DNA of 63,739 nucleotides, filler included, from an uncultured Methanosarcinales archaeon (lineage in GTDB: Archaea > Nanobdellota > Nanobdellia > Woesearchaeales > CAZKBD01), in the NCBI GenBank assembly GCA_964550945.1. It is 24 parts of 24 records of this genome, joined end to end, with 100 filler letters (N's around TTAATTAATTAA, not from the genome) between each part and the next. Parts side by side here need not be neighbours in the genome. Positions count along the whole stretch, not along the records: positions 1 to 3,211 come from CAZKBD010000136.1; positions 3,312 to 6,353 come from CAZKBD010000138.1; positions 6,454 to 9,485 come from CAZKBD010000139.1; positions 9,586 to 12,452 come from CAZKBD010000141.1; 20 more parts are not named here. The stretch is one strand, 5' to 3'. Of the stretch, positions 1 to 10,184 are shown in pieces (position 1 is the stretch's first letter; the number at the start of each line of letters is the position of its first letter). Under the pieces are notes generated by a model. It was not told the origin of the DNA and did not search any database. It was given only the letters and a program-made list of their open reading frames with translations. The position numbers and the translations under genes were made by a program.

Positions 1-494
1 AATCGCTCTCTAATAGATTTTTTTATGGCTTCAAGATGAATGAATTTAGTAATCTTGACTAATGCTCCTAACATAGGAGTGTTTGGAAGATTTCTTCCTA
101 CTGTATCTATAGCTATTTTTGTTGCGTCAACTGTATAAACTTTGCCTTTAAAATTTGTTGATTTTTTGATCTCATCGGCACTTTTTGGTGTGTTAACCAA
201 AAGTATCCCTTTTTCAGTTAATCCTTCAGTTACATCAATCGGGCCGATTAAAGTCGGATCAATAACCATAACTATGTCTGGATTAACAATGGGCGCATAA
301 ATAGTGATGGCCTTATCAGATATCCTTGTATATGCCTTCATAGGGGCTCCTGCTCTTTCAGGCCCATACTCTGGAAATGCCTGTATATTTTTCCCTTCCT
401 CGAGAGCAGCTTCTGCAATAAACTGTGAAGCTGTTTTTGCTCCCTGGCCCCCTCTTCCATGGATTCTTATCTCAATCATATCTTTCATAGGCAT
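1..494 (-). CDS. porG: Pyruvate/2-oxoacid:ferredoxin oxidoreductase gamma subunit (3' truncated)
   Basis: Manual translation of minus strand, not in ORF track: MPMKDMIEIRIHGRGGQGAKTAS...FPEYGPERAGAP, the gamma-subunit signature. Confidence 0.9.
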   Translation of the reverse strand, partial: MPMKDMIEIRIHGRGGQGAKTASQFIAEAALEEGKNIQAFPEYGPERAGAPMKAYTRISDKAITIYAPIVNPDIVMVIDPTLIGPIDVTEGLTEKGILLVNTPKSADEIKKSTNFKGKVYTVDATKIAIDTVGRNLPNTPMLGALVKITKFIHLEAIKKSIRER

Positions 495-541
495 TAAGAT
501 AACTGACGATTGTTTTTAAAGTTTTCTTTTTCACAGAAAAA

Positions 542-549
542 TTTATATA
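542..549 (+). promoter_or_regulatory. TATA box for leader peptide/chorismate mutase operon
   Basis: TTTATATA preceded by an A-rich BRE-like run, about 25 nt before ATG 574 (leaderless spacing). Confidence 0.55.
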
Positions 550-573
550 TCGGCCCGTATTCCTACTTTTATT

Positions 574-666
574 ATGAAACTAATGGAAAGAATTCAAAAA
601 AGCGCAGGATTGGTTTTAGACGAATTATTCCTAGATAAATCTTTATTCTATTTTTACTTTATATAA
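574..666 (+). CDS. Putative 30-aa leader peptide ending in FYFYFI
   Basis: MKLMERIQKSAGLVLDELFLDKSLFYFYFI*; Phe/Tyr run at 646-660, directly upstream of chorismate mutase. Confidence 0.55.
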   Translation: MKLMERIQKSAGLVLDELFLDKSLFYFYFI

Positions 667-716
667 GTCCGCTTTTTGTTAGTTGAGCGGACCATTGAAA
701 GTTTCGGTTCTTTTTT
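667..716 (+). terminator. Putative antiterminator/terminator pair (attenuator)
   Basis: GTCCGCTT/GAGCGGAC stem (667-692) overlaps GGACC...GGTTC stem (689-710), which is followed by T6. Confidence 0.5.
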
Positions 717-764
717 GGCATAAAAAGGACTAGACAAAGTCATAAACAAAAAATATAAAAACAG

Positions 765-1058
765 ATGAAACAAAACAGGAGTAAAATGAAACAAAGTTTG
801 TTATCATTAAGGAAAGAAATAGATTGCGTAGACAGTAATATATTGGATTTGCTGGCTAAACGCATGAAAATCAGCGGGAAAGTAGCCAAATTCAAAAAAA
901 AACAGGGTATCCCAATAAACCAGCCAAAAAGGGAAAGAGAAGTGCTAAAACAGTTAAAAAAACAGGCAAAAAATAAGAAAATAAATGGGAAGTTGATAGA
1001 GTCAATCTACACCAATATAATGAAACAATCAAAAGAGATTCAAAAAAAATGCCAATAG
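765..1058 (+). CDS. Chorismate mutase (AroQ type II)
   Basis: LRKEIDCVDSNILDLLAKR...K...PINQPKRE pattern; start may be 786. Confidence 0.9.
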   Translation: MKQNRSKMKQSLLSLRKEIDCVDSNILDLLAKRMKISGKVAKFKKKQGIPINQPKREREVLKQLKKQAKNKKINGKLIESIYTNIMKQSKEIQKKCQ

Positions 1059-1858
1059 AAAAACTGCAAAAAATTGCGAAACAATTGAGGAGAGACATAT
1101 TAGAGATGATTACAGAAGCTGGCTCAGGCCATCCTGGTGGATCCTTATCAGCCATAGACCTAATTGTTGCTTTGTATTTTCATAAGATGAGGCACAATCC
1201 AAAAAAGCCAGACTGGCCTGATAGAGATAGGTTCATCTTAAGCAAAGGCCATTGCTGCCCTGCTTTGTATGCTGTATTAGCCAGAGCAGGTTATTTTCCA
1301 GTTGATAAGCTGAAAACATTAAGAAAACTGGGCTCAATGCTTCAAGGCCATCCTGACATGAAAATAACTCCGGGAATTGAGATGTCAACTGGCAGCTTAG
1401 GCCAGGGATTAAGTGTTGCAAATGGGATTGCATTAGCAGGAAGATTAGACAGGAAGGACTATAAGGTATATTGCATGATTGGCTGCGGAGAAAGCCAGGA
1501 AGGCCAGGTATGGGAAGCTGCAATGAGTGCTGCGCATTACAAGCTTGATAACTTGGTAGGCATCCAGGATTACAATAAGCTGCAGATAGATGGTTTCAAT
1601 GAATGTGTTAAATGTATTGATCCAATCACGGAAAAATGGAGGGCATTTGGGTGGCATGTTATCGAGATTGATGGCCATAATTTTGATGAGATTATTGCTG
1701 CATTAGATGAGGCTGGTAAAATTAAAGGCAAGCCGACAATGATTGTTGCAAACACTATCAAAGGCAAAGGTGTTTCATTCATGGAAGACAAAGCAGAATG
1801 GCATGGTAAAGCATTAGATAAAGAACAGTTGAAAAAGGCGCTTGAGGAATTAAAATGA
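1049..1858 (+). CDS. Transketolase, N-terminal (TPP-binding) subunit
   Basis: GSGHPGGSLS, DRFILSKGH, STGSLGQG motifs. Confidence 0.95.
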   Translation: MPIEKLQKIAKQLRRDILEMITEAGSGHPGGSLSAIDLIVALYFHKMRHNPKKPDWPDRDRFILSKGHCCPALYAVLARAGYFPVDKLKTLRKLGSMLQGHPDMKITPGIEMSTGSLGQGLSVANGIALAGRLDRKDYKVYCMIGCGESQEGQVWEAAMSAAHYKLDNLVGIQDYNKLQIDGFNECVKCIDPITEKWRAFGWHVIEIDGHNFDEIIAALDEAGKIKGKPTMIVANTIKGKGVSFMEDKAEWHGKALDKEQLKKALEELK

Positions 1859-2778
1859 CAGAAAAAGCAACTAGGGATGGATATGGAGAAGCGCTTGTTG
1901 AGATTGGAAAAGATAAAAGGATAGTTGCATTAGATGCAGATCTGTCAGAATCAACAAGATCCAGTTTATTTAAAGAAAAATATCCTGAAAGGTTCTTTGA
2001 TATGGGCATTGCAGAAGCTGATATGGTCGGAACAGCAGCCGGATTAGCAACATGCAACAAAATAGCATTTGCAAGCACATTTGCTGTTTTTGCTACTGGA
2101 AGAGCCTATGATCAAATAAGAGTATCAGTTGCTTATAACAAGCTGAATGTTAGGATTGTTGGCAGCCATGCTGGTTTGTTGACAGGAGAAGATGGAGCAT
2201 CCCACCAGGCATTAGAAGACATATCTTTGATGAGGTCTTTGCCAAACATGGCTGTTATCCAGCCGGCTGATTATTTTGAAGCTAAAAAAGCTGTCCACGC
2301 ATTAGTGGATTATAAAGGCCCTGCTTATCTAAGGCTAACAAGAACTAAAGTGCCGATGATATTTGATGAAAAATATGATTTCAAGATCGGTAAAGGGGTT
2401 TTGCTGAAAAAAGGAAAAGATGCTGTAATATTTGCAACAGGAGCAATGGTGCATAAGGCTCTCGAAGCAGCTGCTTTGTTGGAAAAAGAAAAAGTAAGTT
2501 TAGCGGTTGTCAATATCCACACAATAAAGCCGATTGACGAAGAATTGATCATAAAATTAGCAAAAGAAACAAAAAAAGTGATTACAGCTGAGGACCATAG
2601 TATTATTGGCGGTCTTGGAAGCGCGGTTGCTGAAGTTTTAGCTGAAAATTACCCTGTTAAGATCAAAAGAATCGGAGTTAATGATAAATTTGGTGAGTCT
2701 GGAAAACCAGACGAGCTTTACAAAAAGTTTGGTTTAACTGCTGAACATATAATAAAAGCTGTCAAACAACTGAAATGA
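1855..2778 (+). CDS. Transketolase, C-terminal subunit
   Basis: [28 protein letters not shown] motifs. Confidence 0.95.
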   Translation: MTEKATRDGYGEALVEIGKDKRIVALDADLSESTRSSLFKEKYPERFFDMGIAEADMVGTAAGLATCNKIAFASTFAVFATGRAYDQIRVSVAYNKLNVRIVGSHAGLLTGEDGASHQALEDISLMRSLPNMAVIQPADYFEAKKAVHALVDYKGPAYLRLTRTKVPMIFDEKYDFKIGKGVLLKKGKDAVIFATGAMVHKALEAAALLEKEKVSLAVVNIHTIKPIDEELIIKLAKETKKVITAEDHSIIGGLGSAVAEVLAENYPVKIKRIGVNDKFGESGKPDELYKKFGLTAEHIIKAVKQLK

Positions 2779-3211
2779 GGGTGGTAAAAATGGTTGGAAA
2801 ACAAATAAGGATGCAGAGGATAATGGATAGGAATACTGGTAAGATGGTTATAATCCCTATGGATCATGGTGTAACTGTCGGGCCAATAAAAGGATTAGAG
2901 AATATGAAAGAAACAATAAATAAGGTTGCTGACGGAGGAGCTAATGCCATAGTGCTTCACAAGGGCATTGTCAGCGCCGGCCATAGGGGCGGCGGAAAAG
3001 ATGTTGGCTTGATAATACATCTTTCAGCATCCACTAGTTTAGGCCCTGATCCAAACCATAAGGTGATTGTCTGCAGCGTTAAAGAAGCGGTAAAGCTAGG
3101 GGCAGATGCTGTTTCAATCCATGTGAATGTTGGTGCAGATGATGAAGCTGATATGCTAAAAGACATGGGAGAGATAGCAAAAGATTGCAACAAATGGGGC
3201 ATGCCTCTTTT
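2775..3211 (+). CDS. DhnA-type class I aldolase, probably ADH synthase (AroA'), 3' truncated
   Basis: [31 protein letters not shown]; aromatic-pathway context. Confidence 0.8.
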
Positions 3212-3311
3212 NNNNNNNNNNNNNNNNNNNNNNNNNNNNNNNNNNNNNNNNNNNNTTAATTAATTAANNNNNNNNNNNNNNNNNNNNNNNNNNNNNNNNN
3301 NNNNNNNNNNN
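3212..3311. other. Artificial contig linker (first of 23 identical 100-nt linkers)
   Basis: N44-TTAATTAATTAA-N44, giving stops in all six frames; recurs throughout the window. Confidence 0.99.
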
Positions 3312-3794
3312 GTGGAAGGCTATCACTCCCCCTTTTATCAAATATTTTTCCCACATTAGGAAATCACTTTTTACCGAATTATAAGTGTGGTCTCCATCTA
3401 TCCATAAAAGGCTTATTGGTTTTTTCCATCTTTTTGCTGCTTTTTTGGATGTTTTTTTTATTGGTACAATCATCTTATCCATTTTGTGCTTTTTGATATT
3501 GCTCATGAGCATATCAAACGTATAGAGTGGTACGGTTTCTCTTCCCCATGTCATTCCTTTTCTTCTGATATGGGGGTCGATCGTATACACCTTTTGCCTG
3601 TTTCCGCCAAGAGAGCCTTTTGCAAGAATTATTGCTGAGCCCCCTTTATAGGAGCCTATTTCAACAATAACCCCTTTTGACGATGACTTCTCTGCCAGCT
3701 TGTACAATAATAGCCCTTCATTCTTAGTTATGATCGAGGGAACCTCTTCAATTATTTTGTTGATATCTTTTATTTTCATTGTGCTGATGTTCAT
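3312..3794 (-). CDS. Class I SAM methyltransferase (Methyltransf_24-like), 3' truncated
   Basis: VEIGSYKGGS, LLWIDGDHTY, GGVIAFH. Confidence 0.85.
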
Positions 3795-4530
3795 ATTCTG
3801 AGATTATCGCCTTTGTGTTGCCCTCTGCTATTATCTCTCCCTTGTCAAGTAGTATTGCTTTGGTGCAAATCTTCTTGATCAGGTCAAGCTCGTGGCTTAC
3901 AATTATTATGATTTTTCCGTTCTCAGCAGATTCTCTTATGGTGTTTGAGCATTTTTCCCTGAATTGCCTGTCTGCAAGCATTAATATCTCATCCATCAAA
4001 AGAATGTCATACTGGCAGTGTACAGCAGTTGAAAATATCATCCTTTCTTTCATTCCTTCGCTGAAATGCCTTATTTTGGTCTCTGTGTATTCGCCAAGCT
4101 CAGAATAACCCACAATGCTCTGGAATTTTTTCTCTATCTCTTTTTTTCTCATCCCCATTAACACTCCTAATAAAATTATGTGGTCTTTCATTGTGAGGGA
4201 GTCTATAAGCCCATACTTAAGATTAATCAGCGGGATTACTTTGCCCCTTACCGTGAGCTTACCATTGGAAGGCGTGTAGATTCCTGCAATTACCCTTAAC
4301 AGGGTACTTTTTCCAGAGCTGTTTGGGCCCACTATCCCTAAAATCTCTCCTTCTTTGAGTGAAAATGTTATGTTTTTGAGTGCAGTTAGACTATCTGTAT
4401 GGATGAATGTGTTTATTATTCTTGCGATTATGCTTCTGCTCTTAGTTTTTACTCTGAACCTCTTTGAAATGTTTTCTAGCTGCATTAAACCAGCTCCACA
4501 AATCTTCTCTTGCTTGATGAAAATACCCAT
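3748..4530 (-). CDS. Polysaccharide ABC exporter ATPase (Wzt/TagH-like)
   Basis: GPNSSGKST, FSEGMKER, LLMDE; true start probably near 4485. Confidence 0.9.
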   Translation of the reverse strand: MGIFIKQEKICGAGLMQLENISKRFRVKTKSRSIIARIINTFIHTDSLTALKNITFSLKEGEILGIVGPNSSGKSTLLRVIAGIYTPSNGKLTVRGKVIPLINLKYGLIDSLTMKDHIILLGVLMGMRKKEIEKKFQSIVGYSELGEYTETKIRHFSEGMKERMIFSTAVHCQYDILLMDEILMLADRQFREKCSNTIRESAENGKIIIIVSHELDLIKKICTKAILLDKGEIIAEGNTKAIISEYEHQHNENKRYQQNN

Positions 4531-5246
4531 ATTCCTATAAAAAATATGGCTGATGAGAAGAGTAATATCTGGATAAGGTAAAATAGTGATGGCAATGTAT
4601 TGTAAAGATATGCGTTTCTTGATAGTGTTGTAATATGGTAAAGCGGGTTAATCTGGTTTATTGCGTAGAGTAATCTGTTCTTTGGATCAAGAGCGTAAAA
4701 TACCGGCGTGATGAACCATGCAATTTTTAGAAGCAACTCCCAGATTCTGGAAAAATCCCTGAAGAACACGACAATAGGTGATACTAACAGGCATATTCCT
4801 ATCACAAATAGAAATTCAATTGCAGAAATCACAGGAAATATCAGGATGTGCAGTACGTTGAGTTTGAACACAAACATCAGTATGAAAAATATTATCCATG
4901 ATAGCAGGAATGGGATGTATTTTGATGCAACTGCTGAAATGATAAGGCATTCTTTGCTGAAGTTGACTGATTTTATTATGTTGCTGTTTTCTATAATGAC
5001 GTCCATTGACTCGCGAGTTGATTGTATAAGAAAAAGGAGGTGTATTAGCCCTAAAAGGACATATAATTGATAGTATTCTATGTTCTTGCCAAGGTTGTTG
5101 TTGAAAACAAAGGTTATGATTATAAATCCTAATAATGGCAAGAGCATATCCCACATTAGGCTTATGTAGCTTCCTTCTGTCTTCTTTTTTACTGAGGCAA
5201 CTGTTAATTGCTGAATCAGGTCGATTTTCTGCAAAAGGTTATTCAT
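4485..5246 (-). CDS. Polysaccharide ABC exporter permease (Wzm/TagG-like)
   Basis: Multi-TM protein with FFRD, FITPVFY and NPL motifs, adjacent to the ATPase. Confidence 0.88.
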   Translation of the reverse strand: MNNLLQKIDLIQQLTVASVKKKTEGSYISLMWDMLLPLLGFIIITFVFNNNLGKNIEYYQLYVLLGLIHLLFLIQSTRESMDVIIENSNIIKSVNFSKECLIISAVASKYIPFLLSWIIFFILMFVFKLNVLHILIFPVISAIEFLFVIGICLLVSPIVVFFRDFSRIWELLLKIAWFITPVFYALDPKNRLLYAINQINPLYHITTLSRNAYLYNTLPSLFYLIQILLFSSAIFFIGIWVFSSSKRRFVELV

Positions 5247-5298
5247 TCTCTCATCTGCTTAATTTCCTGTTTATATTTTCTTTGGTGCTTAAGATTAA

Positions 5299-6228
5299 TC
5301 ATTTTAACAGATTCGCATATATTATCCATATTAAAAATTTTGTATAGGGGAGGGTAAGCAGGGTGATGATGCTTATTCCTGCCGTTATAATGTATGCCTT
5401 ATTTCTTTGTAATCGGTTGGTAAGGGCTATTAGCGCAGATGCTCCTGTTCCTGCAAGAATGCTCATTACTGCCATATAGAATACAAATAATGTTTCAAAT
5501 TGCATAAAAGTGATTCTTAAAGCATAAAACAGATATAGTTGGATTATTGATGACACCATCCATATAAACAAAAGCTTGTTTTTTTCTCTCAACAAGATGT
5601 ACATTACTCCTGAGAGCATCATCAAAAATCCAAAAATCCCGAATGAGCTTACTGAAGAGGGCAATTGGCTGTAAGATGCTTCTAAAGTATCTATTGTGGA
5701 ACGGCTTTTGTACAATTTAACAGCCATCATAAGCACCGAGAAAAATGCTGACGCTATTATTGTCCAGAAATACGCTTTTTTCCTATATACTAGCGATGCG
5801 ATATCATCTCTGCATATTAGCATGTATGGCCCTATTATGCTCAGGGAGAATATGGCTGCACTTGGCATAAGAAATAACGATGCAAATCCTGTAAACACCA
5901 GTAATGCAAAATAGCTATGCCTTTTTGTCTTCTCCCATAATACAAACGATATTAAAATCAGCAGCAGCAAGGCAGTATTTATGCTAGTAATGATAGAATC
6001 CGTGCCTGTTAAAGAATTCTGGAATATTATTACAATTCCAAAGCTGGCAAGTGATAGTATTGAGTGCCAATAATTGCTGAATATTGAATAAACCAAATAA
6101 AAAACAAGTAGCGAGTTAAGCGCTGATAGAAAAATGTTGATATATGTGGGATTGCCCTGTGCGCCGGCAGCAAATGAGTTAAGCGTTAAAATTGCAATTA
6201 ACAGTAAAAATCTTAGTACCCCCTTCAT
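5299..6228 (-). CDS. Multi-pass membrane protein, possibly glycosylation related
   Basis: Very hydrophobic 309-aa ORF in a glycan export cluster. Confidence 0.6.
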   Translation of the reverse strand: MKGVLRFLLLIAILTLNSFAAGAQGNPTYINIFLSALNSLLVFYLVYSIFSNYWHSILSLASFGIVIIFQNSLTGTDSIITSINTALLLLILISFVLWEKTKRHSYFALLVFTGFASLFLMPSAAIFSLSIIGPYMLICRDDIASLVYRKKAYFWTIIASAFFSVLMMAVKLYKSRSTIDTLEASYSQLPSSVSSFGIFGFLMMLSGVMYILLREKNKLLFIWMVSSIIQLYLFYALRITFMQFETLFVFYMAVMSILAGTGASALIALTNRLQRNKAYIITAGISIITLLTLPYTKFLIWIIYANLLK

Positions 6229-6453
6229 TGCTACTGGAATTATTTAGTTTTATTTAAATATTTTGAATAAGCAATATTGACAACATCATACAGCCCTAAA
6301 ATTCTGTAACTATTTTGCCAGGCCTGTTTGAGCTGTATTCTTTTTTCAGATAANNNNNNNNNNNNNNNNNNNNNNNNNNNNNNNNNNNNNNNNNNNNTTA
6401 ATTAATTAANNNNNNNNNNNNNNNNNNNNNNNNNNNNNNNNNNNNNNNNNNNN

Positions 6454-8637
6454 AATACGACATCTTCCTCAATCACCTTCAACTGGACTGCAATTGATAA
6501 TTTAGATACTGGTTTAACATGTAATCTAACAATTGATGGTGTTGTAAATGTTTCTAACAATGAATCTGCTAATGGGACAGCGGTTAATTTTACTGTTGCT
6601 GGATTTAATGAAGGAACTCATACTTGGAATGTTACTTGTGTTGATAATGCGAGTAATGTGAACACATCTTTGACAAGAATGTTTACAAGAGATATTACTG
6701 CTCCAAACATAACCTTACACAATCCCATAGACAATTATAAAACAACATCAAATAATATCACATTCAATTTCACAGCAGCAGACATTTCAGGACTATCAAA
6801 TACAACATTATATACCAACATCTCAGGTTGGGCTGCAAACACAACAATAAGCCTGATAACCTCTAACCAGCCGGCTTTGATCAACCTAAGCAGCATCCGT
6901 GATGGAACATTGATATGGAATATTTACGGATGTGACAATTTGGGAAACTGTGGTTACGCAGAAAACAACCTTTCGCTAACAATAGATACAATCCCTCCAA
7001 ATATCTCTTTAACCTCCCCTGCGCACAACTCAACATGGACATTCAGTTCAACAATCACTTTCACATATAATGTTAGTGATATGACTAATGCCACTATCTG
7101 CTATTTAATCATAAACAATGAAACATATCAGAATGATACATCAATAACAAGAAATACTCCTCAAACATTTTCCAAGAGTTTAGCAAATGGAGACTACAAC
7201 TGGAGCGTCAACTGCACAGACACATTAGGCAGCACAGGCAACTCATCAACTAACCAATTCACTGTAAGCTACACAGCTCCAGCCGCACCTTCAGGAGGAG
7301 GAACTGCAGGTGGAGGAGGAGCTGGTGGAGGAGGAGCACTAAAGCCCATCAAAGAAGTAGTTCCTGAAATCATTTATGGGTGCTCTGAAGATTCTGAATG
7401 CAAACCCAACCAATACTGTTTTGAGCACAAATGCCATAATGCAGAATGCTTTGATGATGATGGCTGTAAGGAATATGAATCTTGTTGGAACCATAGATGT
7501 GTTAAATTGTTTGATATGGAAATATTGGAATTTGAGTCTCCTGTAAAGGTAGGGAGTTTCTTTGAGTTTACGTATTTTCTAAAAGGTATGGCAGAAATCA
7601 ACGGAGATGCTGAAATAATATTCTGGATCGAAAGAGACGGAAAAATAATTACATCAGGACAAGATACAATATATCTAGGTAGCTTTGAAGAAAAAACAAA
7701 AACCAAAGAGTTGTTTTTGCCAGAGGATATTTCTTCCGGAACATATGTCTTTTACATTGAAGTAGCATATGGAACATATACTGCAAGAGCCCATAGAACA
7801 ATAGGGATAATTGTAGATGGAGATTTAGCGATAATAATGCCTTCTCCAAGAATTGAAGATTTTGCTCCCCACCTAATTGATGGCTTGATTTGGCTGGTAT
7901 TTTTTGCCTTGATTTTCATTTATTATTTTGAAATAAGGAAATTTAAAACAGTTGCCAAGCGAGAGGAAAGAATCCCGGACAGACCAATAAGGAAGAGTAA
8001 TTTTCATTTTAAAAAACCAGAATTTTCATTTGTAAACCGCTTCATAAATGCTTCAAATGATTTTGATACTAAGTTAAAAACTTCTATGCCAGAACGCAAA
8101 ACAAATCATCAAAAAACAATGGATGGCGATATTAATGCATTGGAATCGTATGGATTTAGAGTAATAAGGAATAATACTCAAGAGAAAGAAATCTATCTAC
8201 CTGTCAAACCAGTTGTTATGCAAAAGGAAAGAACCTTAGAAAAACCCTTAAGGAAAATTAATTTTCAGTTTAAAGAAACAACATTTACAACTCCTAAACC
8301 CTCAATTAAAGATCCTAGCTCCTTGCATGCCGGGTTAAAAACATCCCTGCCTGAAGACAACACAATCATGGAAAAAACGAGAGAAGACGGCATTAGGGCA
8401 TTAGCAGCATACGGATTCCGGCTAATCAGAGATGATACAAAAGATAATCAAGAAAGCTATATTGAAATTAAACCCCAAAAAATAGAAAAGGATATAAACC
8501 TAAAAAATATTAAATCTGTGTATGATATACCAGAAGATAAAGAGACACCATTGAAAGAAGAAGATTCAAAAATCCAAGAAGTAATATCCAAAAGGGAAAA
8601 AATGCTAAATGAGTTGAAGGGAGTTTTCAATGGGTAA
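6454..8637 (+). CDS. Large surface protein (5' truncated): Ig-like repeats, Gly linker, Cys-rich module, TM helix, duplicated cytoplasmic domain
   Basis: Frame open from contig start; W-x-V-x-C-x-D repeats; many N-x-S/T sequons. Confidence 0.8.
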   Translation, partial: NTTSSSITFNWTAIDNLDTGLTCNLTIDGVVNVSNNESANGTAVNFTVAGFNEGTHTWNVTCVDNASNVNTSLTRMFTRDITAPNITLHNPIDNYKTTSNNITFNFTAADISGLSNTTLYTNISGWAANTTISLITSNQPALINLSSIRDGTLIWNIYGCDNLGNCGYAENNLSLTIDTIPPNISLTSPAHNSTWTFSSTITFTYNVSDMTNATICYLIINNETYQNDTSITRNTPQTFSKSLANGDYNWSVNCTDTLGSTGNSSTNQFTVSYTAPAAPSGGGTAGGGGAGGGGALKPIKEVVPEIIYGCSEDSECKPNQYCFEHKCHNAECFDDDGCKEYESCWNHRCVKLFDMEILEFESPVKVGSFFEFTYFLKGMAEINGDAEIIFWIERDGKIITSGQDTIYLGSFEEKTKTKELFLPEDISSGTYVFYIEVAYGTYTARAHRTIGIIVDGDLAIIMPSPRIEDFAPHLIDGLIWLVFFALIFIYYFEIRKFKTVAKREERIPDRPIRKSNFHFKKPEFSFVNRFINASNDFDTKLKTSMPERKTNHQKTMDGDINALESYGFRVIRNNTQEKEIYLPVKPVVMQKERTLEKPLRKINFQFKETTFTTPKPSIKDPSSLHAGLKTSLPEDNTIMEKTREDGIRALAAYGFRLIRDDTKDNQESYIEIKPQKIEKDINLKNIKSVYDIPEDKETPLKEEDSKIQEVISKREKMLNELKGVFNG

Positions 8638-9433
8638 GGTTGTTGGAATAATCTCTATAAAAGGAGGAGTAGGCAAAACTACTGCAGTAGCTGCATTAGG
8701 AGCTGCTTTAGCAAAAGAGTTTAATAAGAAGGTGTTAGTAATAGATGCTAATTTCACAGCTCCGAACCTTGGGTTGCACCTAGGCTATGTCAATCCAGAA
8801 AATACTATACATGATGTTTTGCAGGATAAAATAAAAGTTGAAGAGGCTGTTTACTCTTCAGAGCATGGATTCCATATCATTGCAGGCTCATTATTAAATA
8901 AAGAAGTAAATCCATTGAAATTAAAGGACAAAATCCAAAAGTTGAAAGATGCTTACGATATAATATTGCTGGATTCTTCACCTACACTGAATAATGAGAT
9001 TCTGTCAGTAATGATGGCTTCTGACGAACTCTTTTGTGTTACTACTCCTGACTATCCCACTTTAAGTTGCACATTACGGGCTATTAAACATGCTAAGGAA
9101 AGAGGAACTCAGATAAATGGCTTGATTTTGAACAAAATAAGAAAAAAAGATTTTGAACTAAGCTTGGAAGAGATTGAAGATACATCTAACTGCAATGTTG
9201 TAGCTGTATTACCAGACGAACACCATATATTAAGAGCTTTGTCAGAAACTACCCCCAGCACAATTTTTAATAATAATGTGGATTCTACTATAGAATATAA
9301 AAAGTTTGCCGCCGCATTAATTAAAGAGAATTATTATGATAACAGATTTAAGGCCAGATTAAAAAGAATATTTAACAAAGAATTGCCTAAGCAAGACATT
9401 AATAGAGATATTCTCAAAAAATCCCTAAAATAG
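8630..9433 (+). CDS. MinD/ParA-family ATPase
   Basis: Deviant Walker A KGGVGKTT, VIDAN, ILLDS. Confidence 0.9.
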   Translation: MGKVVGIISIKGGVGKTTAVAALGAALAKEFNKKVLVIDANFTAPNLGLHLGYVNPENTIHDVLQDKIKVEEAVYSSEHGFHIIAGSLLNKEVNPLKLKDKIQKLKDAYDIILLDSSPTLNNEILSVMMASDELFCVTTPDYPTLSCTLRAIKHAKERGTQINGLILNKIRKKDFELSLEEIEDTSNCNVVAVLPDEHHILRALSETTPSTIFNNNVDSTIEYKKFAAALIKENYYDNRFKARLKRIFNKELPKQDINRDILKKSLK

Positions 9434-9585
9434 GCAACTAATAACTTAAGGGTTGTAATATCACATTTGCACATACTTTGTAAATNNNNNNNNNNNNNNN
9501 NNNNNNNNNNNNNNNNNNNNNNNNNNNNNTTAATTAATTAANNNNNNNNNNNNNNNNNNNNNNNNNNNNNNNNNNNNNNNNNNNN

Positions 9586-9640
9586 GAGCAATATGGCACA
9601 ATTTGCTTAGATTATAACAAATCAATCCTGTCCCAAAATC
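9586..9640 (+). mobile_element. 3' end of a multicopy IS (DDE transposase tail plus right end), copy 1
   Basis: 9589-9640 is identical to 12553-12604; both at contig starts; encodes ...AIWHNLLRL*. Confidence 0.6.
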
Positions 9641-9688
9641 AGTTTTATCGATAGATTTTTAAATTAGGGTATCTTCTAGTGCAGTACG

Positions 9689-9895
9689 ATGGAAACTGTA
9701 GCTATATCCAAAGATAAGTTGGGGCTTGTGATATCTGATGTAGAACGTTTAGTATCTCATTTTGAAGATCTTGTTGAAGACCAAGACAAGATAGCTAGAC
9801 AGAGATTAAGCGATATCAAAACAGGCCGTGTTAAAGGAAAATCTGAGAAAGAATTAGACGACTATCTGAGGAAAAGAGGAGTAAACATTGGTTGA
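9689..9895 (+). CDS. Putative antitoxin
   Basis: Small ORF overlapping a RelE-like gene. Confidence 0.65.
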   Translation: METVAISKDKLGLVISDVERLVSHFEDLVEDQDKIARQRLSDIKTGRVKGKSEKELDDYLRKRGVNIG

Positions 9896-10184
9896 TTGGA
9901 TAATCAAAGAGCACCCCGATTTCTTTAAAGATTTAGATAAGCTTGGCGTTAGAGAATTACAAAACTTCTATGATAAGAAGACAAAGATAAAAGAAAATCC
10001 CATCAGGGCAAAACACTTAAGTGGCGGAACCAATTGTTACAGAGAACCTATTACAGATAATGTAAGATTGATCTATTACATAGAAAGGGACACTATTTGG
10101 TTATTAACAATAGGCACTCATAAGAAAGCATTTGACAGTTATCTTAAGAGGATTCATTCTCTCAAGACTAAGTATAAATTATAG
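9888..10184 (+). CDS. RelE/ParE-family toxin
   Basis: KHLSG...YRE...RLIYYI...LLTIGTH pattern. Confidence 0.75.
   Translation: MVDWIIKEHPDFFKDLDKLGVRELQNFYDKKTKIKENPIRAKHLSGGTNCYREPITDNVRLIYYIERDTIWLLTIGTHKKAFDSYLKRIHSLKTKYKL

Noticed and set aside
304..519. Plus-strand 71-aa ORF and many similar antisense ORFs in the track
   Set aside because: Shadow ORFs opposite well-supported genes (here porG)
3212..3311. Regularly recurring TTAATTAATTAA within N runs
   Set aside because: Artificial six-frame-stop linker; not a biological repeat or CRISPR, and neighbours across it are not syntenic
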